Source: Geosiphon pyriformis uo1 (lineage: Eukaryota; Fungi; Glomeromycota). From it: 64,000 nt of DNA. Both the position numbers and the translations under genes were made by a program. The notes under the pieces are model-generated. The model had not been told where the DNA came from. It worked only from the letters and a program-made list of their open reading frames with translations, and did not search any database. The DNA lies in assembly GCA_016748015.1 (NCBI GenBank), contig JAAOMT010000439.1, positions 765,527-829,526 of the forward strand, given 5' to 3'. Shown piece by piece: positions 12,888 to 26,517 of this stretch (within the stretch, counting starts at the first letter, position 1; each line of letters opens with the position of its first letter).

Positions 12888-13375
12888 TAGATAGTGTTTT
12901 AATAGATTAAACTGTTGTAAATCTGGAATGAAAATCAGACTAATTTACGAATGATATAAGTGGTTAAATTTCAATTATTTTTAGTACATATACTAGTTAA
13001 AATTTTAAAAGTTAATAGTTGTTTAACATATAGCAGCTGATTTAGATTTTAATCAAATGTAAATTGGAATGAAACAACAACTATGCTTAATAATATTATG
13101 TATGAAATAAATTAAAAAATACTTTTATCCTAATATAGTTTTTAGGAATTTTTTTTTGAACACGAATATAAAAATTTATTATGAAAAATCAAATAAAATG
13201 ATCTAATATATATATAGTATATATAAATTCCTGAATATTTTAAAAATTTTTATAGAAGGAATAGATATAAATTAATAAAGTAGATACTAAAATTATTTCT
13301 TTATTTTGAAGTCCTTTTAATATATTTTAATAGTTTTTTTTTTTTTTACTAAAGAAGTTTTATTCATAACTACAT
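12888..13375 (+). repeat. Dispersed non-coding repeat, paralogous to ~35526-35985
   Basis: gatagtgtttt.aatagattaa.ctgt...aatctggaatgaaaa.cagactaatttacgaatgat and later blocks shared colinearly. Confidence 0.85.
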
Positions 13376-13539
13376 TCTTTAAATAATTCACATCGAACTC
13401 ATATTTTTGATTTGAGAAATAGAAAATTTAAAAATTCATGTACTGTAATTCAAATTTATATTCAAATATAACATTTTATTCGTCAGAAAAACTGCTCAAA
13501 ATGCTATTTTTTAACAATGATATTTTCACCAGGTTTAAC

Positions 13540-14575
13540 TTGGAATGAAAACAAAATTATTCTAAAAATATTCGATCTTAGCCTTTCGAAAAATCTAAAT
13601 GAAATGTATGGTTCGACTAATGAAGTTAAAAGCCAACCTGCTTAAATAGTTTCAAAAAAATAACAATTAATTCGGAATGAGAAATCAGATATTTATGCTT
13701 TTAGAGTCCTCTTATGAGAATCGACAAGTAGCTATTAAAGATTCAAAAATATTATAAAATAGACACTTATTGTTAAGAAAATTTGAATTTAAAAATATAA
13801 TTTAAATATTGTTAACACAGATTGCTAATGGTGGATAAGAAACTCCAATTGAATATATTCTTTTGTATGCTAATATCAACCACAGTGAATGGAATTCGGG
13901 ATAAGCGAAAAACTTTATACATTTGATTAATACAAGCATCTTAGAAGACACTTTATAATTAACAAAGATTTAGACACCAATTCACCTTGGGATATATTAA
14001 AAATAATTTGTCAGCTAAAAACTATCTTATATATATGTGGTGAATCCCTACACATCTTTTCAATTCCATAAAATTTAATCAAACTTGCTTGACTTTTTTT
14101 ACCAATTTGGAATTGTGATCAACAACGTTAGGAAAGCTTTTTTAAAATGTCAAAAAAGCACTTTTCAAAAAAACCCCGTAGTGCAATTTTTTTCAAATAA
14201 TAAACGGAGCAGCTGAAAACTGCCTTGGTTTTTGTTATGATTATGGGCAAAAGCAGTTGAACGGTACACCAAAGTAGCGGAGAAAGGAAATTCAAGTGCA
14301 CAATACAATATGAAGTTTGCTATGAAATTGGTGATGGAGTAACTAAAGATCTTGTGAAAGCAGTTAAATAGTATACCAAAGCAGCTGAAAAAGGGATGGA
14401 GTTATCAAAGATCTCGAGAAAGTAGTTGAATGGTTTACTAAACCAGCCGATAAAGGACATTTAGATGCACAAAACAATCCTGAAATTTGTTATAAGACAG
14501 GAAATGGTGTAGCTAAAGATTTTGTAAAAAGCAATTAAATTATATATCAAAGCCGCAGTAAAAGGTGTTGATAAA
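13540..14575 (+). pseudogene. Decayed kinase-Sel1 gene, paralog of 39327-44174
   Basis: Nucleotide similarity to 40110-41700 (gatcttagcctttcgaaaaat, aatgaagttaaaagccaacctgct, gaaatcagatatttatgct, cagattgctaatggt..agaaactccaattgaa) followed by broken Sel1 repeats with many indels and stops. Confidence 0.88.
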
Positions 14576-14629
14576 TGACGAAAAACCATTAAAAAAAAGG
14601 AGCCATTTTTATGAAAAAACTACGCTTAT

Positions 14630-15830
14630 TCTTTCACCAAAATCCTCTCTGTACTACTCTGAAATAGGATACAGAGAGACAGGAAACCAAGTAACTCCAC
14701 CAGAATTGTGGCCAATAAAAAAAGGTTGAACGGTTGAAGAGTTCGCAAAAATTGGGTTATAAATTCTACTATTTTTGAAATATGGCCAGGTTCCGTCCTG
14801 AAAAATGTATTATACAATCCAGCATGAACTTGGCTATCATCTTTATAAAGCTTCAATAAGCTTTTATTGATAAGTTTTTCATCATTAGGTGAAGTGGACC
14901 CTTGAAACCAGAAATGACATTACGAACTTTTTACTTAACATACACGCATCCTAAGCAAATATAAAAAACATATGGATTATTTAAAATTTTAATTTGGTAG
15001 TGTATTTGTACGTTCAGGGGTCATTGATTACCTATTTAGGATTATTATTGCCCCCATTTTCTGATAACAAAGGCTCTGGGAATTTGATTGGGATCGAAAT
15101 TCCAGATTTGCTTGGTTTAGCATTTAATGAATTTTAGCCTGAGCCAGGCTTATTTTTAACGAATCTAATATCGTGAAGAAAATAATTAGTGGAAGCCATT
15201 TCGAAGCTTTGTCACTTGAAAAAGCGAGAGATAAAGTTTAGAAACTTTTAGGAGCTTGCAAAACTCTTTTACTAATGGTTTACATTGAAAATTGATTTAA
15301 CTCCTAATTGGAAAGAGAATGTTGTGTTTCAATTACACTAACGATATTGCCTTGCATTGATGATGGGTTGCTGACGATTTTGTCTTGCGTTAATGATGTG
15401 TCGCTTGGTTTTAAGTTAATGATGGGTTAATGATATGTCATTGACGATTTATTCTTGAGTTGAAAATGTGTCGCTAACAATTTGGTCTTGAGTTAAAAAT
15501 ATGTTGCTAGCAATTTGGTCTTGTGCTTAATTAATATTTGGAAACTTTCCACCATCAAAATTATTAGTCATATTGAATTCCACATTAAGTGGTGTACTTT
15601 CTGATTCAGGAATTATGCTAGACCCTATTGGTTCAGAGAGACTTAAAGGATCATTTGCAATGGCAAGCTCATTGTTATTAATACTGGGATCAAATTTTTT
15701 ACTGTTTAATGATACTGATTCTACTACCACCAGAGTATGACTTATTATGTAAAGAGAAAAGTAAATTTGTAAAAGAAAATGTTTTTTCTTCGTGTGGTTG
15801 TTTATTTTGTTGCGTAGCTTAAAGTTAAAT
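14630..15830 (-). pseudogene. Decayed secreted class-3 lipase-like gene with low-complexity N-terminus
   Basis: VISGFKGP, DSQVHAGLYNTF, FFIGHNSGG (14696-14713) with frameshifts; upstream Ser/Pro/Asn-rich region and signal-like segment. Confidence 0.65.
15365..15525 (-). repeat. 33-bp (11-aa, QDQIVSDTFST-like) tandem minisatellite within lipase-like pseudogene
   Basis: gtgtcgctaacaatttggtcttgagttaaaaat / atgttgctagcaatttggtcttg and more degenerate units. Confidence 0.65.
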
Positions 15831-18752
15831 AAAGACTAAAGTGAAATGAAAATCATTGTATGCAATCACCATTTTAAGAAAACTTTTGGTACATAAAATA
15901 AGAAGAATCTGGTTTCCTAGGTTTGTCACCGGTGGTGATGAGCCGTGAGTGAAGGTTTTTTTTGTAAGTTAACAGATTATGAATATGTAATTTTTGATGT
16001 TGCCCTAAAAAGATCCAACTAATCATAAAAGAAAATTGATTTTTAAAAATCGAAAAACTACAATTATTCTTTGATTTCATAATAATATATCAATAATTAT
16101 TGTGACTCAATAATTTGAAACGACGTGAGTTTACTTTCTAAGCATTATAAAATTTCAAAAAGTTGGACTTTTGAGAATTTTGTAAAATTAGCAGAACATT
16201 TCTCCGAAAAAAAAATTGTTGAACCAGATTTCTTTCGATTTTTCATTGAGATATTACCCCCTATCAGGAAAATCTTTATTTCTTCCAAGAGAATTATAAA
16301 TGGTTTCATGAGACATAATTTCCTTTCGAAATTGTAGAACTTTAAGTAATTAAAGAAACTTATTTTAGTTCGAAATTGTACTTATTGGTAAAATAGTCTT
16401 AACTTTTGATATTTTTGTTTCACAAAGAATTTTTTTTTTTGCAAATTCACGTTGAGACCATGGTATTTTTGTTTAGTTGTTACCAAGCTAAAGGCATTAT
16501 ACAAATCCTTACCGAATTGAATTCAGACATGATAAAGAAGCTCAAAAAAAATAAAGATTCCCGAGCGTTTTTTATTTTGAAGATCACGGAAGAAATAAGA
16601 AAGATTAAAAGAACGGGTAATAAAAATCCTAGTTTCTCCTATCAATTATAATTATCAGTGATCGATAATAGGGGATATCAAAGATGAATTGGAAAATGTC
16701 CAACTATTTATTTAGAAATGTTCTATTTGTAATGAAAATCATATGTTATGGTTTTCTTAAATGACGTATTGATAATCTTTCTGTATTGAAATTCAATATT
16801 ATATTGATCAACTGGTATCATTAATTTCTTGGAAATCATTTTATGATTAATTATATATACTTAACAAATTCAAATTTTATTTATTTAAATTAAAATTAGA
16901 TATATCAAAAAATTTCATAAACTTTATTTCAAGTATATTTAAGAAAAGAGACTTAAAATTTCAAAGTTAAAGAAAACATTTTTAAAATAAAATTCTATTG
17001 CAAATTTAGAAAAATAAAGATTTTTTGAAATATTGAAAATGATTCCACAATTTACACAAATTATTAATAAATTAATATAAACATAATAAAATTCAGCAAT
17101 TTTTTTTAAAGTAAAGAAAAAATTAATAAAAAATTATTTTACACTTGTTTAGTATATTAAAGTATATTAAAGTTTCTTATCTTTTTAGATTTTTTGAATT
17201 ATTATAGTGATATTTAATAAATTATTTAATTTAACAATCAAGTTTCAGAATTATATATAGTTTATAGTTGATTTGTTTATCTAATATCTAATAATATATA
17301 GTATCACTTCTCCAGCAAAAAAAGTTAGAAATGAAAAAATTTCAAAAATGTAACCTAACGATAAGATCATGGTATCCCAACTGAAAAACTTAAAATTTTT
17401 CTCTTTTTCTTTTTTCAATTTGTGTGTTTTGTTTGAAAAACGATGAAACTTCTTTGGTTGTCAAGGCTTGGTTTTTTTTAATTAATCTTTCAAACTTATG
17501 AAATAATAAATGTTTTCGAATATCTTCATGTTCGGGAAACTCCAGAATCAATTGATTCTAAATTAGAGTACTTTTTTAAAAATTTTGATCTTTTGGTCTT
17601 CCATAAATGTGTAAATCGGCATTTTTTTCCTTTTCTATAAGGTTTTCCCATCATCCTGAAGAAGTTTCCAAGTAATGTTTTTTATTTTTAGCAATAGGTA
17701 AAAAAAGAAACGAAAATTCAATCACCAATTAAATTCTTGACTATTCCAAAATGTTTAGCATGGTAAAAATCTTTCTTGGCATTCTAATTTATTAAGAACA
17801 ATTTATGGATTTTTAAAAATGAATGACAAAATGCAAAGATTTTTTTCTTGAACTATCGATTTAGACTGGTTCATCTGTTTATGAGCCTTGGAAGATATAT
17901 GGGTTCTTATCAAATCTATACATTGTCATAGAGCCTGATCGGAAAATCTAAATCTGAAATAATAATAGAATTGATCAACTTTATTGGAAATCCAAGTCAA
18001 TGAAAATTTTCTCAACTGAAGGAAGGGTTTATAATGAATTGAGATCTAGTTAAATTTAATACATGCTCAAAACTTAATTCAATATTCTATCAGTAGCTTC
18101 CTTTTAGAATATAATTGCGGATTAAATATTTCTTTTGCTTAAATTTTTCATTTATACCTATGTAATTCGTGATATAATATTTTTTGACTATTCATTTATA
18201 TTCGCTAATATCATGATAATAATTATCTTTTAAGAATTTCTAAAAATTTCAACTTCTTGGGACTGTAAAATGTATCAAATATCAACTTATTAGCCAATTC
18301 CCAAAACTCGTCTCTTTTAGGTAATTAAAGGTATAAATAAATAATTTTAAATAAAATGCTCTTGCTTTTTACATTAGAAAAAGTCTTGTATAACAAAATA
18401 AAAAAAATTCGAAAAGTTTATCATATTGATAGAACTTCCAAATTGCATAAACGTGACAAAAGATAATCAGTAAACTTAAGGAAAGGTAAATTTCTTAATA
18501 GATATTTATTATATAAAATGCCACCGATATTTACTTGTAACCCATCGATCAAAGTTTTTTCTTTTTATATTCTTTTTTTTTTTTTTTTACCAGAGCTCTT
18601 TATTGAGCTTTTCAATTTTTTTTGATTCACCCTTTTTACTGAAACCATTAAGACATATTATATCTTTAAATCTAAATCCTAAACAAATATTTAATAGATA
18701 CAAAGAAGAAACCATCATCAATTTCACAACCCTTTTTTTCACTTCCTCTAAA

Positions 18753-21226
18753 ATGTTATCGTTACATTTTGACACAAGGTCACTACTTTTGACAACGAAA
18801 AGATTTCAACCACGGTTAAACATTTTCTTCATAATTTTTCTGTCGCTTTTTTTAATTTCAAATTTGTTCGTCTCAGCTGTGCCACTTATTAAATTTCAAA
18901 AAAGACAGAATGATGACGGCGGTGGTGATATCAGTTATAGTATTGGGGGTGGGAATATTGGGGATTCAGTTTTTGTTGCTTCCGCTGATATTGACGATGC
19001 TGGCAATCTTAGCGTTGATTCCACTACCCTTGACATTTAGGGTTCCAATTCTCAACCTTATATCGGGCCTGTATCTTTTAACACTGAACTATCGACTCCC
19101 GAATCTGAATCAACGGCTGCTCAACTAACAGCTACTCCTGGTTTAACGGTTGCTCAGCTACCAACTACTCCTGGTTCAACAACTGGAACCACTCCTGAAA
19201 CACCAAATAATTATGGCTCACTCTTTGCTCAGCTACCAAATATTTCTGGTTCATCAAAAGCTCCCGAAACACTGGCTTTTTTGCCGGTCTCTGAATCATC
19301 AACCGACTCACCAAATTATAAAAGTTCAATTAATTTCGACTTTACGGTGCCAAGCGAAAAATCAGATGGTGACTTTTCTGCATTTTATGCGCCAATTGCT
19401 TTATCAACACCTTCTGAATCACCAACCGATTCACAAAGTCCGGTCTCTGAATCATCAGACGACTCAACGAATTTTAAAAGTCAAATTAATTCCGACTTTA
19501 AGGTGTCAAGCGACAAACCAGTTGGTGACCCTTCTGTTTTTAATACGCCAATTGCCTTATCAACACCTAATGATAATAAAGTAGCTGATGCAAGTGGTAA
19601 CAATACCCCATACAGTATAGCTACCAAAACAGCCAATTCAGGAACTAATGTACAATATACTCCGAGAGAAACAGAGCAACGCATTGAACAGCAAAGAAAT
19701 GGAATTCAAAAACAAAACCAACAATTAACAGAACCACACAAAGATGTTGAATGGGACACCTTATTTGGTGATATAGCGCAGAAAGTTATAGCTCAGTGGG
19801 CTTTACCAAGTCCAAAAAGTTTAGATGTTGTACGACTCCAAGAGCAAGCGAGGATTGAAAAATCAAAAAACGATAATAAACTAGATTATGAAAAATACTT
19901 GCTAGACGCGAAACTTAAGAGTAAAATGAACGAATACAACTTTAATAAAAGTGTTCTGAACGATAAAGCGCAATTGGCTGCTAGTCAGAATAGTTCTCTC
20001 CCAGTTGCTACAAGTGATAGTTCCACCCCGATTAACTCTCCAAATTCTACTACTTCTACCGAATTCAAAGATCTTGGTAGCGGGTTAAAGGATGTGACCA
20101 CGAATCAAAACCTTAACTCGGACTTTACTACCTATGCCAATTTAGTCAACGCTAATTATTGTCCATCTCTACTACAAAAAAATATCGTCAAGTTGGGTAG
20201 TGATGCTGGTGTTACAGGTAGGAACTGGATTTACCATTTCCCATCAATTAATTTACTTTGTATTATAAAATTTAAAATCATTCATATTGGTCTCATTTTT
20301 GATTTATAGGATTCGCATTTGAGAGCAAATCTAGCAACGAAATTGTCATATCGTTTAAAGGTCGTACTACAAATTTTCCTCCACCAACCAAAAATTTGAT
20401 CCCATATGCTGATAAGAATGGGAAACCGTATGAAAATGCCCAAGGTGCTACAGTTAACTCTGAAATTTTCTCCCAATACATTAATGACGAGGAAAATTTG
20501 ATTAAACAAATTACTCCCGTATTGGGTGGAGAAAACGCTAATTTAACAATTATTGTGGCTGGATTTGATATTGGTGCAGGTATTTTTATCATTTTTATCA
20601 AATCCTACTTCATGATGATTTCACTGTTAAATCTTATTCGACCAATGCTAAAAGTTGAAATTTTTTTAATTAGGTCATGCAATATTTACAGCTCTTACAT
20701 TGAAACGAACTTTAAATAATCGTGATATTAAAGTATACACGTACGGTGAATCGCGTCTCGGAAATTCCAAGTTTGCCGGATACGTTGATAATAGCTTATC
20801 CGGTTCGGTCTTCCGTATCACAAATAATAACGATCCCAACTCTAACCTTCCCTCTACAGCCGACGGTTATCAACATCATACAACCGAATACTGGCAATTT
20901 GTCACTTCAAAAACCCAGAGACTGATCGAATGCAGTCCATTCGAAGGAGCGGAAAACCAGGTATGCTAAGGAGTTTTTTTTATTAACGGACTTAAAGAGC
21001 TAAATTTGGACTCGATTAATCAATATATTAATTAACGCAAAAATCTTTTTAGAAATGTAATGCACGGTGGACTCAAGCCGGCCAAAATCAATCATCCGCG
21101 GCAATGCACAAAGGACCATATTTTGGTGTGGTTTTTGGAGAGTGTCCGACATCACAATCACAGAGTAATAGTATTAATAATAGTAATAGTGGTGGTGGTG
21201 GTGGTGGTGGTGGTAGCAGTTCTTAA
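18753..21226 (+). pseudogene. Secreted class-3 lipase-like protein with long Ser/Thr/Pro-rich N-terminus; single in-frame TAG at 19038; nucleophile motif GFDIG
   Basis: Signal-like NIFFIIFLSLFLISNLFVSA then KR; exons ~18753-20217, 20310-20579, 20674-20960, 21053-21226; ANYC, IVISFKG, VAGFDIGAG|HAIFTAL, YTYGESRLGNSKFA, RITNNNDP, HHTTEYW, HKGPYFG. Confidence 0.85.
19284..19570 (+). repeat. Intragenic 156-bp (52-aa) tandem duplication
   Basis: PVSESS.DS.N.KS.IN.DF.V.S.K..GD.S.F..PIALSTP starts at 19284 and 19440. Confidence 0.85.
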
Positions 21227-21559
21227 AATTCATAATTGCATTGCATTGATATCTGACTTATACATTTATCATTTGAGCCTTTATTCATATTAAACTTGGT
21301 AATTTTAATAGTAAACTCAACATTTTAAGAATGAAATTTTGAAATAAAAACTTCACAATAAATTTTAGAAACTAATTATTAAACTTTTCTGAATGAATTG
21401 TTTTACAGGAATTTAATAAAATTTTTCAAAGTCCATCCAATTCGCTATCATTTTAAAAATTTTTGATAGTTCCAAAATCTTCAAAAAATATAAAAATTCG
21501 TAAAACTTTTAGAACTCCAATAATCTGACATGACTTACAAGGATGTTTTTTTCATAGTA

Positions 21560-22370
21560 TCAAAGAACTCTTTAGCTAACAAGCAGCGATCAGAAACTTC
21601 AAGGCTTATTAATTTTCCGTTAATATTTCTTAAACAATTCTGGTATCATGATTTTGAAAATTATTTTCTAGCAAGAATCTTCGGGATCATTAATACAATT
21701 GGGTTTTTAGTTGTTTTTATAAAAGCATTTTCCATAATTAATTTCTTTTGCATCAGAAGCGTTTATTTCATTAGTTTTCGTCATTAATTTTTTCACTTAT
21801 TTGCTCTTGCTCTTGATCATCCCCGAGTCGATATCCCTGAACTTTTGGTTGGGCATCTACCGAAGCAGTTTCTTATTGTATTGTTGTTCTGATTAATTAT
21901 TTGAGTAATTTTTATCAAGGGTGTTGGAATTTTTCATTACCATTTGAGATATCACTTTTCCCTGAGGTGTATAATCCTCCAATAACTGGATTGTAACCAG
22001 TTTGACCGTAGAATTCCGTTAAAAGTACTGCAATTAACTCTTTGGTTGAAGGAACAGATGTTTCATAATCATTTTTAGAATAAGGATTGTCAGGAATATT
22101 GCCTCCAACACTCAAATTATTAATATAATTTGAGTTCGGCGTTGGTTAGATACCTCCGTTAGAGGTTAAATCGGTATTTGGATCGATTGAATTTACTGGA
22201 TAACCGCTTCCATACAGTTCTTGCTCTTGTTCCTGTTCTTGTTCTTTGGTCAATTTCGTTTAATAAATTTTTAATAAATTGACGAAGATGGAGTATCGGA
22301 GTTGTAATGCTTAATGTTGTAGTTAGCAAAAAATTAGAATGAGCAAGAAAATGTTTGTGGTTTTAACCGA
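21560..22370 (-). pseudogene. Decayed gene for a secreted low-complexity protein
   Basis: Signal-like NIFLLILIF/LLTTTLSITTPILHLRQ, then EQEQEQEQELYGSGYPVNSIDP...GI*PTPNS..., with stops and frameshifts; N-terminus resembles that of the 18753 gene. Confidence 0.45.
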
Positions 22371-23546
22371 ATTTATATTTTTTAATTTTGCATAAAAATC
22401 AATTTAATAAATATCATAATAAAGATTATAATATTATCTTAATATTTTTTATTACAAATAAATTGGAATATTCATTCAAAATTTGTTAAATTAGTTAAAA
22501 AATATATTTATAACATGTTAATAGTTAGCAAAAAAAAACCAAAAAAATGAATTGATACTAAAATATTAATATTTCATTTAACCAAAAAAAATTGCAAAGA
22601 CAAGATCAATCTAGTTGCTTATTCCCATAACTGAAATAGATTCAGTCACTCTTTTTATATCAAAATATTCATATATAATATAATTAATTAATGATATAAC
22701 CATAATAAATAAATAAATGGTATTTAAATGTTTATAATAAATACGGAAAATTTATTTGGTTATTTTAAGCTTAATTTAAACGAAATTCCAAAAGTTGATC
22801 TTGTTATAACTTTAAAAAATCAAAAATATAAATAATAAATATTGATTTTTGATAATAACTTTATTTAATTTACAATATTATATACATGTTTTTAATAAAC
22901 GAAATTAATAGTTTAAAAATAAATTTTAAAAAGAAAAGTAAATTATTACTATTGTTTTTTACCATATCATATTAGAAAGATTCTTTCTTTCCAAATATTG
23001 TTGGGATGGTTAAGGTGCAGCAAATGATCACAAAATGAAAATTTCAAATTTTGGCCAGGCCTTAGAATCAAACTGAGTAAAAAGATTTTGGCTACATAGT
23101 CTATCAGGTTTAGTATAATTTTTATGGATAATGTGCACCTGCACCTAGCTTCTAACAAATAAATATTAAATAATTTTAAAGTTACCTGAGACTGCATTAC
23201 TTCTTTGGAATTGTCAAAAAAACTTTTATTTCTGTTAAGAATATTTATTTGATTCTCTACATTTCAGAGTTTTAGCCCCTTTTTTTTATTGTCATTATTT
23301 TCATCACCAGTGCATGCTCTATTGTATAAACGTTTCTTTATATCCGTTAGATTTTGAGATTTTTAACTTTTAGTCGCAATCAGAATTTTAAATGCTTAAA
23401 TTTTATAATCCCAAATTTTCAAAAAAAAAGATATTTTTCCCATAATAGAGCATATCACACATGCCTGTATAAATTACACAACTTATATCTATTAGCTATG
23501 CTGAATACCCTTCTTATCTATAATTCCGTCATTTAACGAAATCTGG

Positions 23547-23959
23547 AAACTATTATTTTTATCAAGTGTAAAGTTCATCGATCCGGTTAATATCTTTATG
23601 AAAGGAAAAAAGAAACTAATAAATATAATTTAGGAAAAAAAGATGGATAAAGCCGATTTCAGATTCTTCTTTCGCATTCTCAGAGATTACAATGTAATCT
23701 AAATTAAAACTCCATAATGTTTGAATTAATCATACCCTTCGAGTGGTGTGAAAATTGAATAGAGAAGCTATTCATTTTCTATCTCGTCTTTTAAACTATT
23801 AAAAACTTGAAATGTTCCTTTCACCAGATAGAAAATAATCAAATTGTGTAAGGCTTATTAATCAAGATGTCCTTAAAAAAGTATTTCTTTTTTATTCGAT
23901 ATTTATTAAAGTTTAAACGATTATTCTATTTCATATTTATTTATTGTATCTACTATTAC

Positions 23960-24044
<85 letters not shown>

Positions 24045-24110
24045 TAGCTTTAACCTGTTCTCGCAGGCTAATAGCAAAATTTTGAAATTTCAAAAAACAT
24101 ACTATAATAA
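23547..24110 (+). repeat. Dispersed non-coding repeat, paralogous to ~36651-37130, containing expanded (TAT)n at ~23953-24043
   Basis: aagttcatcgatccg.ttaatatctttatgaaaggaaaaaagaa, aaactccataatgtttgaa.taatcataccctt, tcctttcaccagatagaaa, aaggcttattaatcaagat shared. Confidence 0.9.
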
Positions 24111-24818
24111 ATTCAATCAATAATTTAAATTGGTAAAAATACGATAATGACAGAAATTTGGTTTCGGCTTTAGAATGGCAATAAAAATAGAATTCATCCT
24201 GGAGAATTAGTATCAAAGTTTTAACTGAATTTATATAACTGCTATCTTTAAAAGATAGGATATCAAATGAAAAAAAGGTGTGTAAATGCATGGATTAATA
24301 GACACCACATGGATAGATTTATTATTTCCGCGCTTATTTTTAACCCAAAGAGGCTATAAAACACATTTATCCTAAGTATAAGTTAAAAAAAATCTAGCCT
24401 CACAAAACCTCTGAGGTATTAAAAATTTTATATGTAATAACTTACATCACTATAAAGAAAGATGATGTGCTGTGATCAATGGCTTCATCATTAACCCTCC
24501 AATAAAATCTCACTAGTTGAAGGTACACATTTTATTCGTCAAAAAAAAATTCCTTTTTATATATATGAATAAAATTTTTTATTCAAGAAAGCAATTATAT
24601 TTTCAAATTAACTTAGAAATTCTTTGCTATTGATTATTTATTTTAAAATTTTTATTTGTTAAAATTAGCTTAAAAAAAATAAGAAGTAATACTTTTTATA
24701 TTAATGATTTACTATAAAATAAATTTTTTCAACAATATTGTATTACATTTATATATTATTTTATAATAAAATAAAAAATATAATAAAAGTTACTTTATAT
24801 TTTTATATAACTTGTTAT

Positions 24819-24820
<2 letters not shown>

Positions 24821-24870
<50 letters not shown>
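24821..24870. repeat. (AAT)n microsatellite
   Basis: Direct reading. Confidence 0.9.
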
Positions 24871-24873
<3 letters not shown>

Positions 24874-26517
24874 TCATAAAAAAACTGTTTTAAATAATAT
24901 TCTCAAAAAAAAAAGTTATTAAATTAGTTGAATAACTATTTCAATAAAAAATATAATTTTCATTAATTTGTTTATAATATTTTTATAAAGTAAAATTAAA
25001 CAACAAATAAAAAAATTCATTGCAAGATATTTTTTATAATTAATTTATTAATTTAATTATTCATTTCAAATTTTTTTTACCAAAATTTTGTTCAACAGAT
25101 TTAATAAAAAAATTAAAATTAAAATTATTGGAAAAAAGTTTTTTTTAACAGAATTAAAATACATCTTTACTAAACATCCTTACAATTAATATATTATCTA
25201 TATATATATATTTATATAATTTCATATTTATTAATAAAAAACTTGGCAAAACAAAATAGAAAAGAATACAGATACCTACAATAAATTACCAAAACTTATT
25301 CTACATGACGTCAATCATTTAAAAGATTGGATTTTCCAATTATACTTGTATTTATTAACTTGTAAATATCAGTTATGTACTTTTATTAATTCAAATTCGA
25401 GGACTTTAATATCAATATCTTGAATTTTTGCCTTTAGTTTTGATAATTGCAGGATGAGTTCGATTGGAAAGATTTGCAATAAATAAATTGAAATTTCAAC
25501 CTAGATTTCCAAATTTTGAGTTAATCATTAAACAATCGGTCCGATTTTAAATTTATGAAAGAAAATGAGATATCGCAATAATTTTAATTTTTCAAAAATT
25601 CCTTAATTAATACACCACAAGTTTCAAAAAATTTATGAAATTCTATATATACAGAAAAAACTAATTCTTTTCGAGAAACAAAAAGTTTAATGTAAAAAAG
25701 ATTTTAGGAAAGGGGTTCAACAATATTTTTACAGTTATCATTTTGTTTATCATTTGTGTGAGAAATGATATAACATTCCAGTTTTTTTATAATCATCAAA
25801 ATTATCATCACCATCACCATCACTATCACCATCAAAAGTAGCGCCTAAAGCACATACACCATTGATCTGTGAGAAGTTTGAGGAGCTAAAAATCAATCTG
25901 CATTTTGCGTAATTGCTCCTTCTATAAATAAGAGGAGGGAAATTTTAGCGGGTCAGCAATCATTTCTTCTATTATGTGGTCCGTTATAGACAAGTCTCCG
26001 CTCTGAAGTTATTTCCTTGCTATAAATATTTTTTGCTAAAGAAATCGATTCGAAATGTGGTCACGATCATGCTTAATCTGCAGCTCGGGATTGGACACAC
26101 AAATTTTCAAATGTTATTGTTTAAAAAGAAAATTAATTTCAAAGATTAATTAATTTGTTTGGAATCTCAGGCAGATGGTATTTTGATAGGCTAAACAAAT
26201 AGTGTTATTTATAGATTTGGAAATACATGATAGAAAAGTGAGCGAGTGACATAAGAGTTACTTCATAAGAGCAAATTTTGAAATAAACAAATGAATTTCC
26301 AGTGTCAATCAAAATGGGCGCTTGATTTATTTCCTTTTTTTTTTTTGTAGAAAATAAGAGTTTTTTTCTATAAAAACGTTTAAATGACACTTTCAAATAT
26401 TGAGATAAAATTAAGTTACAACTATTAATCCATTTTTAATATATATAAATCGTTTCCTTTGAAACTAAAGAGAATTAATTCAAAATCCATAAGAGATTCT
26501 AATTATTAGAGTTTATT

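Noticed and set aside
16100-18050. Coding-like patches (16125-16700, 17600-18030)
   Set aside because: No recognisable motifs in the frames examined; cannot assign
22967-23340. Possible spliced gene remnant on minus strand (FDNSKEVMQSQ|KLGAGAHY)
   Set aside because: Too short and broken to assign to a family
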